From: Azolla caroliniana
Lineage: Eukaryota; Plantae; Polypodiophyta
Direction of reading: 5' to 3'
NCBI GenBank assembly: GCA_043228905.1
Contig: JBHGNT010000006.1
Location: 10,354,001 to 10,418,000 of the forward strand
Length of the DNA stretch: 64,000 nt
Positions within the stretch are counted from its first letter, which is position 1, and the number at the start of each line of letters is the position of its first letter. The position numbers were made by a program, and so were the translations under genes. The notes beneath the pieces are model-generated. The model was not told the origin of the DNA, searched no databases, and worked only from the letters and a program-made list of their open reading frames with translations. Shown here piece after piece: positions 23,701-35,042 of the stretch.

Positions 23701-25401
23701 TGATGAACATGCAGGAACTTCATTACTTCCTAGGCATTGAAGTAATTCGGATTCCGACCGGCATTATGATCTGTCAACGACACTACAATCTCAACTTATT
23801 ATAAAAATTAGGGATGACAGAGTGCAAATTTGTGGCAACCCCTCTCGATCGAAACCTCAAACTAGATGCCGACTCTAGCACAGATGAGTGTGAGCCGACT
23901 CAATATTGACAGCTGATTGGGAGCCTCATCTAAGTTACGATCACTCGACTCCACCTCAACTATCCGGTCGGCCTCCTTAGCCAATTCATGCAAACTCCTT
24001 GAGATATCCATTTCAATTGCGCTAAGCGAGTATTACGATACGTGAGCAGCACAATGGATTACGACATCCTCTACGCATCGATCACACGAATTTCACTCAA
24101 AGGGTACACAAATGTCGACTGGGCCAGCTACCGAACTGATCGACGATTGGCCTCCGGATTTGTCTTCTCGCTCAGTAGTAGAGCAATATCTTGGAGTAGT
24201 AAGAAGCAGCCTACCATCGCACTTTCGAGTACAGAGGTCGAATACAAGGGCGCAACCATAACTGCATTTGAAGCCGTATGGCTCAAGAGGATTTCGAAGG
24301 ATCTGGGCATTCCCATTAAGGATCCGACTCCCATTTACTGCGACAACATGAGAAGTATATATCTGGCTCGAAACCTGGTGTTCCACGCACACACAAAGCA
24401 TATCGAAGTGCACTACCACTTCATTCGAGAGTGTGTTCAGGTTGGAGATGTCGATCTTCTACACATCAACACAAATCTTTAGACAACCGACATCTTCACC
24501 AAGGCCCTAGGAGCTGAAAAGTTTCGGCAATTCATGTTAGACATTAGATTGACGATCCCTGACTTGCCAAGCTTGAGGGGGAGTACAAGCGAGAACCGGA
24601 TACCATCCGAACCGGGTATGACCCGAAGCGGACACTGGAGATTGTCCAAACTAGATACCAGCCAAAGCGGACATCCATCGAAAGGAACCGACCCGAGTTG
24701 AGCTTGAGGGGGCGTGTTGAGAATCAAGCTCAACATAGTGCAACGTGTGAACACACCTTTTGAGAATCTATGATTACTCAAAGGTCAAGAGTCACACCAC
24801 TACTCTCTACACATTAACTATGTGCCATAGAATCATATTCTATGATATATAACTAATGAGTTATGTTGAGCGAGCAAGCTCAACCACATCCGGATCAGCT
24901 AAATAAGCTTGAGCCGGATCGGCATCCGTAAGAATGAACCGGATCGGTATCCGGAAACAACAGACCGGATCGGGGAGCCAGATTTGAGCGGGAACCGGAA
25001 GCCTAGTAGTAGCCTAGACTACTAGGTAATTATTATCTCATAGTTAGTGTCAGTCACACGTGTGAGCATTGAAGTACTTGTCAATACTTCTGTCAGTCCT
25101 TTATGGACTTGTATATATAGTGTTGTTTAGCACGTTGTATGTACAGAGTTTTAGAGTTATTTTTGAATATAGTCTATGTTCTGCTCTCTCTTTCTCTCCC
25201 GTATATACTCTCTATGTTAAGCTTCTCCATTAAAACCTTCATCTCATTTTTTGTTGCTATCCGGATGAGCCGGTTCTGTTTGACACTTCTGCACATTAAC
25301 ATTCACATGGTATTAGAGCGCGAGGGTTGAGAGCCTCTACAACCGACATTTGTTTCTGTAGACGAACCCTAGAACTCGGTAACAACAAATAGAGAGAAGA
25401 T

Positions 25402-28400
25402 ATGGAAAGAGGAATAAAGAGTTCACTTCCAACAGAGAAGCTCAACCGGAGCAACTATGCATGCATCCTAGTCATATAAAATGCACCAGTACCTGCTGGG
25501 GCATGGATATTGGAGCTTCGTGGAAGGAACAAATGAAGAAGCACTAGAACCATCGCACAAGGACTTCCCGATATGGGAGCAAGGAGCAAGTCGGGTACTG
25601 TATTGTCTCGCGTCCGGTGTGCATGATCAAATGCTCAGCTACATCATGGATGCAAAGACGCCAAAGGAGGCCTGGGGAAATCTACAGAAGATTTTCGCCG
25701 CGAGTACCACAACCCGTAAGTTGCAGCTCTGGCAAGAGCTGAACAACATCCGACAAAAAGACATGTCGGTTATAGATTACACCATCAAGATAAAGGATAT
25801 TTATGACGCACTCAGGTCCATCAACGTGACGGTGGACAGAGACGAGATGGTACAAATCTGCCTCGGTGGTCTTGCGCAAAGGTATGGGCCAATCCGGATA
25901 GCGATCTGCACCCGGGAGAAACCACCGTCTTTCTTCGACTTGCAATCGATGCTGATGGTCGAAGAAAACCACGTGAGTGGGTCAAGGTCCACTCAATCGG
26001 ACGACCAGATGTTGTACATGGAGACAAATCCGCCCCATGGACGTGGTGGACGAGGTGGGTCGGCACGCAATGGAGGCGACCGACAAGAGCAGGACCGGAG
26101 GCACAGAGGTTGTGCCGACAACAGTTCCGGAACCTCCACAAGCAGGGGGAATCAAAGCGGCGCCGAGAACCGACAAGGAAAGGCCGACATGGAATGCTGG
26201 TACTATGGCAAAGAGGGCCACAAGGAAAGTGAGTGCTAGAAGAAGCGCGCCGATTTGGACAAATCCGGATCCGACAAAACTAGTCAGGAGAACCGGCAAA
26301 GCTTGCACTATGCGGAAGGATTTGGAACCGGGAAAACTGGTAAAGGGCTAGCCTTCGTGATGTAGCACAAGGCGAACTCGATGAAGAAGACTACTTCTGG
26401 ATCGGAGGAAGTATGGTACGTTGATTCTGGAGTGTCCAACCACATGACGAGCCATGAAGAGTGGTTCTCCTTCTTGGAGAAGCCGGAACAACCGGGGATT
26501 GTCGAGACCGCAGACAACACCCCTCACCCGATTGTGCATGTCGGAGAAGTCCCTTTAAGCCATGTCGGACAGAAGGGGAAGTTGATGAACGTATTACACG
26601 TTCTGACTATCACAAAGAACCTGGTGTCGATTGGAGAAATCGTCGACCAGGGGATGCAGGTGCGGTTTACGCACCTAGGGTGCTTCATCGAGGAAGAGGG
26701 CCAAATAATTGCACAAGGGCGCAGAGACAGGAGGATGTTCATCCTCAATACTAATGATGTCGGCACCGCTATGTTTGCGAAAGGGCAGAAGGTCAAATCG
26801 GACATCGACCTATGGCACAAGCGGATCGGCCATGTCAATTATCGGAGGCTTCAAAACCTACAATCGAAAAAAGTCGTTTTCTGTTTGCCAAAATTTAGCG
26901 GTCGGAAGGCCGAAATTTGTGAAGCCTGGCAACTCGGGAAGCAACACCGGCTTCCATTCCCCACCGATCAGAACCGGAGCCATAACAAGCTCGATTTAAT
27001 CCATTCGGATGTATGGGAGTCGACACAAAACGTTAGTCTTGGCGGGAGTCGGTATTTCGTCTCCTTCATCGACGACTACAACCGGCACACGTGGATCTGC
27101 CTCATCGAGAGGAAGAGCGAAGTCTTCGAGTGTTTCAGGAACCTTCAAAGCTTGGTTGAACGGGAAATGGAGAGGAAGGTCAAGTGCCTACAGTTGGATG
27201 GCGGGAAAGAATACTTTTCAGGCCAATTCAACAATTATTTGTAGCAAAACAGAATTCGGAGAGAATTGAGCTGCAGGGACACATCGTAGCAAAACGGTGT
27301 GGCCGAAAGGAAGAACAGGTCGATTGTCAACGCGGCAAGGGAAATCCTGGAGGAGAAGAGCATGCCCCATTTCTATTGGGCCGAGGCAGTCGGGACGACC
27401 GTCGACATTCAAAACTGGATCGGTGACAAGGTGTCAACACATGAGCTGTATTTCGGGCGAAAGTCGAATTTGGGACACCTTCGGATATTCGGTAGTATAG
27501 CATATGTGCATGTACCGGATGAGAAGCGGAGGAAGCTAGATCCGAAGTTGGAGAAGTGCATCCTAGTTGGTTACTCGCATGAGCAAAAGGGGTATAAGTG
27601 CTATAATCCCCGGACTAAGCAGGTCCGAGTAAGCCGAGATGTCGAGTTTGATGAGATGGCATCATAGTACTCTTTACCGACTCCAACTCCCAACGAAGAC
27701 CCGATTCCAGAAGATGAGGCTAGTGAGCTCGAGGAGGTTCAGATAGAAGATGACGAGCTGGAGACTCTAGTAGAGAGTCTGGAATCGTTTTGGTTGAGCA
27801 GACCGAACGAGCGACTAGGTCAAAGTGACCAGTCAGATGAGGAACCGGCGAGTAGTGGAGACTCTGTCGTGCTCTCCCCACGTAAGGAACTGAGGAGACG
27901 GTTCACATGCAAAGAGAAGGGGAACAAGAAGATGCCGGAATACGAAGCCGGCAACATTGAGTCGGATCGAAGCGAATCCGACTCTGGAAAGGATGAAGGC
28001 AGATCTTCGGGTACGAAGTCCGACCTGGCCAAGAAGGGCCCCAAACCGGGTAATACCAAGTTACGCCGGTCTTCCCGCCCGAAGAACCCTTTTATGCGGT
28101 ATAGGTACAATGAGTACATGGCGCATCATTATGCGTTCATGACTAATGTGGCGGAAGTGCGTGAGCCGGAGAGCTACGTAGAAGCGGCAAAGGACACAAA
28201 TTGGCGTGCCGCTATGGAGGAAGAAATGCGGACACTAGATGCCAACGACACATGGGACGTCGTTGACCCTCGCCCGACACTGTAAACCGATTAGTTGCAA
28301 ATGGGTGTACAAGGTAAAGTACAATGCTGACGGTTCGATTCACCGATACAAGGCTCGGTTAGTGGTGAAGGGATACGCACAAACCCAGGTAATCGATTAC

Positions 28401-30000
28401 GATGAGACATTCGCCCCGGTAGCGAAGACGACGATGGTTCGTGTGGTACTGGCGGTTGCTGCAGCAAGGGGGTCGCATCTTCACCAGATGGACGTGAAGA
28501 ATGCATTTCTTTAAGGTGACCTTGAAGAACGGGTCTATATGATCCAACCTCCCGATTTTCAGTCGGAGATGAACAAGTCGGCGGTTCGTGTGGTACTGGC
28601 GGTTGCTGCAGCAAGGGGGTCGCATCTTCACCAGATGGACGTGAAGAATGCATTTCTTTAAGGTGACCTTGAAGAACGGGTCTATATGATCCAACCTCCC
28701 GATTTTCAGTCGGAGATGAACAAGTCGGCGGTTCGTGTGGTACTGGCGGTTGCTGCAACAAGGGGGTCGCATCTTCACCAGATGGACGTGAAGAATGCAT
28801 TTCTTTAAGGTGACCTTGAAGAACGGGTCTATATGATCCAACCTCCCGATTTTCAGTCGGAGATGAACAAGTCGGCGGTGTGCCGGCTCAAGAAGTCGCT
28901 TTACGGTCTGAAACAAGCCCCCCGAGCTTGGAATGTGAAGATCACGCACCGGTTGCGTAAGATGGGGTTTGTGACCTCTAAATCCAACTCGTCGTTATTC
29001 ATCCAACAAGGTCCGAAAGGTCTAGTTTGCATCCTACTTTATGTTGATGATTTAGTCATCACCGGTCCCGGACTCAATGAAATCGGCCGAGTAAAGTCCC
29101 AACTGTCGGTTGCATTTGAAATGAAGGACCTAGGGGACCTTCATTATTTTCTTGGGATCGAGGTGATCCGAAGCCCCAAAGGCATATTGCTCTCACAACG
29201 CCACTATGTGTTAAATATGCTGTACAAGTTCGGCATGACGGAATGCCGACCTGTCTCCACACCCTTGGACCGGAACCAGAAGCTCCGTCCCACCTCTGGA
29301 CCGGCTTGCAATGAGAAACGGTTCTGACAAATCGTCAGAACCTTGATATACTTGACAATCACTCAACCCGACCTCAGTTACCTGGTCGGAGTGATCAATT
29401 AGTTCATGCAGAAGCCGACCGTCGAGCACCTTCAGTGCGCACACCGGATACTCCGGTATGTTAGTGGCACGAAGGATCGGGGATTGTTATACCGACACGG
29501 TATAGCTGGGAAGCTAGTCGGATATACCGATGCTGATTGGGCTGGTGTGTGTCGGATTTCCGATCCACCTTCGGTTACATGTTTTCTCTAGGTAGCGCGG
29601 CTATTGGGTGGAGCAGCAAAAAGCAGCCAACAGTGGCTCTGTCGAGCACTGAAGCTGAGTACCGGGGCGCTACCAATGCCACCTGTGAAGCCATCTGGCT
29701 TTGGCAACTGCTGCAAGACTTACGGATTGAGGTACCGACCCCGATCCTGATCTATTGTGACAACATGAGCAACATTTAGCTCGCCAAGAACCCCGTGTTC
29801 CATGCTCAGACGAAGCACATAGAAGTCCACTATCACTTTGTGCGTGAGCGGGTTTTGAGCTGTGAAGTAGAACTTCGTTATGTTCAGACGGATCGGAAAA
29901 TTGTCAATATCTTCACCAAACTACTCGGATCGGACAAGTTGCAGCACTTCACCAAAATTCTTGGTGTTCAGCATCTCGACGTGCCGCACTTGAGGGGGAG
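25402..30000 (+). pseudogene. Copia C gag-pol, disrupted, paralogous to A and F
   Basis: MHQYLLGHGYW gag, WYVDSGVSNHM, LWHKRIGH, IHSDVW, LYVDDL, STEAEY. Many in-frame stops, several consistent with C>T or G>A changes. Confidence 0.9.
28436..28879 (+). repeat. Three tandem 147-bp copies inside the RT of Copia C
   Basis: ggttcgtgtggtactggcgg at 28436, 28583 and 28730, with GGT microhomology at the ends. Confidence 0.95.
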
Positions 30001-30600
30001 AAAAGGAAAGGGAACGGATGGCATTGGACAAGGAGCCAGAGAGGAAGAAAGAACCAACAAAGGGGGAGACAAGAGGAAGAAGGAAGCCGAGCCAACCGAA
30101 GGAGTCGGCACATCCGAAGTGTTGAAAAACAGTGCTCGGCCACAACCGAGGAATAGGATCAACTCACAGAAAACAGGAAATACACAATGCACGAAGGCAA
30201 TAGAGAGAAGAGTGCACAGGATGTTTTACGTGGAAAACCCTAAATGGGAAAAAACCACGGGAGTCCTCAAACTCCAACTATCACTATGAACAGAGATGTA
30301 CAATGGTGAAGCTACAAGGCAACAACCTTGAGCTCACTGTCTTCGCCACAGGCGGCGGTAATACACAGAGGCAACGACCTCTTCGTCTTTCTCACTCACT
30401 CTCTCTCTCTCTCTCGGCTGCTCTCTTCACTCTCTCTAAGTGGAAAACAGAAAACATGAGCAGCAACATAAAACTGTTTGCCCTAAGTCATATTTATACA
30501 CATATGACTTTCCGGCTATTTACAAATATAGCCACAAGGGCCCTTGGCAAACATATTCACAAATATGTCCCCGCATCCGGATCTCTCTCCAGGTACATAC

Positions 30601-30875
30601 ATCATCCGGCTCCGTAGCCGGGTCTTCATCATCCGGCTCCGTAGCCGGGTCTTCAACATCATCCGGCTCCGTAGCCGGGTACTCTTCATCCGGCTTCATG
30701 CCGGGTCTTCAACATCATCCGGCTCCGTAGCCGGGTACTCTTCATCCGGCTTCATGCCGGGTCTTCAACATCCGGCTCCGTAGCCGGGTCTTACATCATC
30801 CGGCTCCGTAGCCGGGTACTCTTCATCCGGCTTCATGCCGGGTACTCCTCATCCGGCTTCATGCCGGGTACTCTT
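30601..30875. repeat. Tandem array of catccggct(ccgta/tcat)gccgggt units in the D LTR (also 35556-35830)
   Basis: About a dozen 23-27-bp units read directly in both LTRs. Confidence 0.9.
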
Positions 30876-30968
30876 CATCCTCCGGTTCCGTAACCGCAAC
30901 CGGGCTTGCCGTCATTCATCTCCGGACATCCCATCCGGAGGGACCATAAATCCCAACAAACTCCCCCT

Positions 30969-33900
30969 TCACTTCGGCATGGGATGTCTCTCCAATCCGA
31001 TCCTCTTCCGGCATGCTTCCAGCTTGTCGGGTGTAAGTACCTTAGTCAGCATATCCGACCCGTTCTCGTCCGTGTGGATCTTCGTCAGCACGAACTCCTT
31101 GTCTTCTATCCTTTCCCGGATCCAGTGATATCTTCGCTGGATGTGCTTCGTCCGGGAGTGATAGGCCGCGTTCTTCGCAAGGTGGATGGCACTCTGACTG
31201 TCGCAGTAGAGTCGGTATTCCTCCTGCCGGACACCGAGCTCTCTAATGAAGTCCTTCATCCATATTATTTCCTTGCCGGCTTCAACAGCCGCCATGTACT
31301 CCGCCTCCGTGGTTGACAGTGCAACCGTCTTCTGCAGCCTCGACTGCCATGAAACAGCTCCCCCTGCATACGTCATCACATACCCTGATGTGGACCGGCT
31401 GGTATCTGCATCAGCCGACATATCCGAATCGGTAAATCCATCGAGTTCGGGCTTACCGGAGCCGAATCGGAGGCACATGTTTGCTGTGCCCTTCAGGTAG
31501 CGGAGTATCCATTTGACCGCGTTCCAATGCTCTTTGCCGGGATTGCTCATGTACCGGCTCACCACTCCGACTGCATATCCTATGTCCGGTCGGGTACACA
31601 CCATCGCGTACATCAAGCTCCCGACGGCAGAGGCATATGGTACTTTCATCATGTCCTCCTTCTCAGCCTTTGTCTTGGGGCTTTGCTTGCTGGACAGCTT
31701 GCAGTTTGCCGGGAGTGTTGACCCCACCGGTCTTGCTTCCGACATGTTGAACCGGTGAAGCACCTTTGTCACGTACTTCTCCTGTGACAACCACAACTGC
31801 TTCTTCTTCCGGTCCCGGATGATGTGCATCCCTAGTATTTGCCTCGCCGGACCCAGGTCCTTCATTGAGAAGGTTCGGTGAAGAGCCTTCTTCAGCATCC
31901 GTATCTTGACCTGGTCCCGTCCGACGATCAACATGTCGTCCACGTACAGGAGGAGTATTAGAAAGTCTCCTCCTTCGAACTTCTTCACAAACACGCAGTG
32001 ATCGGACTGCGTTTTGTGGTACCCTTCGTCGGTCATGAAGGAGTCGAACTTCCGGTACCACTGCCGGGGAGCCTGCTTCAGACCGTAGAGGCTCTTCTTC
32101 AACTGGCATACCAGGTGCTCCTTCCCTTTCTTCTCGAATCCTTCCGGTTGCTGCATGTAGATCTCTTCTTCGAGGTCACCGTGAAGGAATGCCGTCTTCA
32201 CGTCCATCTGTTCTACCTCGAGGTCCATGCTTGCCGCTATGCTCAGCACCGTCCGGATGGAGGTCATCTTCACTACCGGGGCAAATATCTCGTCAAAGTC
32301 GACGCCCTTCTTCTGCTGGAACCCCTTCACCACGATCCTGGCTTTGTATCTCGGGGGGTTTCCGGCATCTCCCGGTTTCAGCTTGAACACCCACTTGTTT
32401 CGAAGTGCCCGCTTTCCTTTCGGCAACTCCACAAGTTCATATGTGTGGTTCTCATGCAGGGAATCCATCTCCTCCTGCATGGCACTTAACCACCTGCGGC
32501 TATGTGTGTCAAGCTCTGCTTCTTCAAAATTCTCCGGCTCCCCCTCGTCGGTTAGCAGCACGTGCTCTGGTTCCGGAAATCTCCGGGGGGCCCTTCTCTC
32601 TCTTAGAGGATATCTCCGTTCCGGAGCTTCGGTAACCGGTTCTTCCGATTCTTCTTCATCCGAATCCATTTCGGGATCGGGGCCGGTTCCGGTATCATTT
32701 TCGTCTTCTTCGGCCGGTTCTGTTTCTTCACCGTCTTCGGCCGGATCCTCGAGTGCTAACCGGTCTCTTGCCGGTCGGGACTGCTCCTTGTAGAGTTGAT
32801 CCTCACCGGTCGACTTGGAGCTCTTCATCTTCTTCTCCGACTCCCAGTCGGCGAGTGTCTTGTCCTCCATGAAGATGATATCACGACTCCTGAATATCTT
32901 CTTGTCGACCGGGTCCCATACTCGGTAGCCGAACTCATCGTCGCCGTAACCGAGGAATATGCATGGCCGGGTCTTTGGATCTAGCTTTCCTCTCCGGTCC
33001 TTTGCCACATGCACGTATGCGAGACACCCGAACACCTTCAGATGCCGGTAGGATACTTCCTTACCAGTCCATACTCTCTGCGGCGTGTCTCCGTCCAAAG
33101 GTACTGAGGGTGATCTATTTATCACATATGTCGCCGTCGACATTGCCTCAGCCCAAAACCCCTTGGGTAATTTCGCATGCGCCAGCATACTCCGGACCCT
33201 CTCCATTATGGTCCGGTTCATCCTCTCGGCCAGCCCGTTCAGTTCCGGCGTCTTCGGCACAGTAAACTCGAGCCGGATTCCCATCAAACGGCAATACTCC
33301 TCAAATTGCCCTCGGTATTCTCCTCCGTTATCCGCTCGTATCGCTTTCAGCTTCTTGCCGGATTCTCTTTCCACTCTCGCGTGGAGTTCTTTGAAGACGG
33401 ACAATACTTGGTCCTTTGTCTTCAACGGTGCCATCCACAGCTTCCGGCTGTGATCATCTATGAATGTTACGAAGTACTGGGCTCCGCCATGTGACTTCGT
33501 TTCTACTTGACACACGTCAGTGTGCACCAGCTCCAATGGTGCGCTACGTCTCGTCGGTGGCCTTGAGTGGAAGGAGGTCCGGTTTTGCTTACCGGCCAGA
33601 CAGTCGGTGCACTTCTCCAGGTGCACATGCTTCACTGGAATAAGGTTGTCTTCTGCAAGCCTCTTCATCCCCTTCTCACTCATGTGGCACAGTCTCTTGT
33701 GCCATAGCTCACCGGCAGTGTCAGCTGCCACGTTCAGCTCCTCCGGACATAGTCGGGAATTCATCAGGTACAGTGTGTTGACCTTCCGGGCCCGAGCTAC
33801 TATCAAGCTCCCCTTGCTGAACTTCATGACACCGTTCCGGATGCTACCCGTGTAGCCTTCATCGTCTAGCCTCCCGGCCGAAATCAGGTTCAATCGAACC

Positions 33901-35042
33901 TCCGGAACGTGTCGAACATCCTTCAGCAGCATTTTGCATCCGGTTGATGTCATCAGCCACACGTCTCCTATGCCGGCAATCCGGCATGTACCTTCATTTC
34001 CCATCCGGACACAGCCGTGCTCACCGGCTATGTAGGATGAGAAGTATTTCTTCTCCGGGGTCAGGTGGAACGACGCTCCGGAATCGACCACCCAGGTCAT
34101 CTCTGCACCGGCAAGGTTCAGCTCCCTCTCTTCGGTAATGAGCATTATTTCTTCTTCACTTGCCGCGAGTGCCGTCGTTCCTTTCCGGTCCTGCCCTCGC
34201 CGATCCGGACCTCTCCGGCCCGTGGCTCCCCGGTATGCACCGTTTCTCTCCGGTGACTTCTTCGAATCGGTGTCGTCGGCTCCGTTGTCTTTTCGGTAAT
34301 GCCGACAATTCTTCCGGAAGTGCCCCGGCTTCCCACAGTGGAAGCATGTGGGCCTTCCTCTTGACTGCGACCGGGTCCCCGACTTCTCCCGTCTTTGCGG
34401 ACTCCGGTTCCATTGTCTTCCCCGATCCGATTCGGTAAGCAGCGCCTTCGGGTCGGAGGCCGGTTCTTTATCTCTCCGACGCGCTTCTTCGTTCAAAATA
34501 CTTGTCTTTACCGTTTGTAGAGACAAGTTATCTTCGGTGCAGGAGGTGCTGAGAGTCACCACCAAGTTCTCCCAGCTTTCCGGCAATGTACACATCAGGA
34601 TGATGGCTTGCATTGCATCCTCCAACGGGAACTTGATCGCCGCAAGCTGGTTCACGAATCCCATGAACGTGCTTACGTGTTCCACCATACTCTCGCCGTC
34701 CCGGTACTTGAGGTTCACTATCTTCCTCATCAGGGAGGTCCGGTTCAACGCATTCTTCCTCTCATAGAGGCCCGACAGCTTCTTCCACATCTCATAGGCG
34801 TTCGTATCGTTCGCCACATGTTGCAGGACACTTACATCGACATATTGCCGGATCGTCGCTACGGCTTTCCGGTTCAGGAGCTTCCACTCCGACTCTATTA
34901 CCCCCTTGGGTATCTCGGCATTGTCGATCGGTTCGTACAGGTCTCGGACAATGAGAAGGTCTTCCATCTTTATCTTCCAGTCGGCGTAGTTCTGCGCATT
35001 CAGCACCATCATCCCCGGCTGCCCGCTGCTGCCGCCTTCCAT
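30969..35042 (-). CDS. Copia D gag-pol polyprotein, uninterrupted, 1357 aa
   Basis: Single ORF from ATG 35042: CFHCGKPGHFRKNC, VVDSGAS, HKRLCH..CTDC, VHTDV/RADNGGEY/AERMNR, LYVDDML, FTDSD..TEAEY..CDSQSA. Confidence 0.95.
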   Translation of the reverse strand: MEGGSSGQPGMMVLNAQNYADWKIKMEDLLIVRDLYEPIDNAEIPKGVIESEWKLLNRKAVATIRQYVDVSVLQHVANDTNAYEMWKKLSGLYERKNALNRTSLMRKIVNLKYRDGESMVEHVSTFMGFVNQLAAIKFPLEDAMQAIILMCTLPESWENLVVTLSTSCTEDNLSLQTVKTSILNEEARRRDKEPASDPKALLTESDRGRQWNRSPQRREKSGTRSQSRGRPTCFHCGKPGHFRKNCRHYRKDNGADDTDSKKSPERNGAYRGATGRRGPDRRGQDRKGTTALAASEEEIMLITEERELNLAGAEMTWVVDSGASFHLTPEKKYFSSYIAGEHGCVRMGNEGTCRIAGIGDVWLMTSTGCKMLLKDVRHVPEVRLNLISAGRLDDEGYTGSIRNGVMKFSKGSLIVARARKVNTLYLMNSRLCPEELNVAADTAGELWHKRLCHMSEKGMKRLAEDNLIPVKHVHLEKCTDCLAGKQNRTSFHSRPPTRRSAPLELVHTDVCQVETKSHGGAQYFVTFIDDHSRKLWMAPLKTKDQVLSVFKELHARVERESGKKLKAIRADNGGEYRGQFEEYCRLMGIRLEFTVPKTPELNGLAERMNRTIMERVRSMLAHAKLPKGFWAEAMSTATYVINRSPSVPLDGDTPQRVWTGKEVSYRHLKVFGCLAYVHVAKDRRGKLDPKTRPCIFLGYGDDEFGYRVWDPVDKKIFRSRDIIFMEDKTLADWESEKKMKSSKSTGEDQLYKEQSRPARDRLALEDPAEDGEETEPAEEDENDTGTGPDPEMDSDEEESEEPVTEAPERRYPLRERRAPRRFPEPEHVLLTDEGEPENFEEAELDTHSRRWLSAMQEEMDSLHENHTYELVELPKGKRALRNKWVFKLKPGDAGNPPRYKARIVVKGFQQKKGVDFDEIFAPVVKMTSIRTVLSIAASMDLEVEQMDVKTAFLHGDLEEEIYMQQPEGFEKKGKEHLVCQLKKSLYGLKQAPRQWYRKFDSFMTDEGYHKTQSDHCVFVKKFEGGDFLILLLYVDDMLIVGRDQVKIRMLKKALHRTFSMKDLGPARQILGMHIIRDRKKKQLWLSQEKYVTKVLHRFNMSEARPVGSTLPANCKLSSKQSPKTKAEKEDMMKVPYASAVGSLMYAMVCTRPDIGYAVGVVSRYMSNPGKEHWNAVKWILRYLKGTANMCLRFGSGKPELDGFTDSDMSADADTSRSTSGYVMTYAGGAVSWQSRLQKTVALSTTEAEYMAAVEAGKEIIWMKDFIRELGVRQEEYRLYCDSQSAIHLAKNAAYHSRTKHIQRRYHWIRERIEDKEFVLTKIHTDENGSDMLTKVLTPDKLEACRKRIGLERHPMPK

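Larger units (their letters stand above)
13693..24580 (+). pseudogene. Copia A gag-pol, many stops and frameshifts, split by Gypsy B just before the protease motif
   Basis: gag EKLDRNNFASWEYKM. The protease VWFVDFGASNHM resumes at 21373, followed by LWHKRIGH, FIDD, RYKARLVAKG, LYVDDL and SWSSKKQ..STEVEY..HTKHIEVHYHF. Confidence 0.9.

Noticed and set aside
28291-28949. Minus-strand ORFs with triple peptide repeats
   Set aside because: Antisense shadows of the 147-bp triplication.
30601-30875. CRISPR-like palindromic repeats
   Set aside because: No unique spacers, no cas genes, eukaryotic context; present in both LTRs of D.
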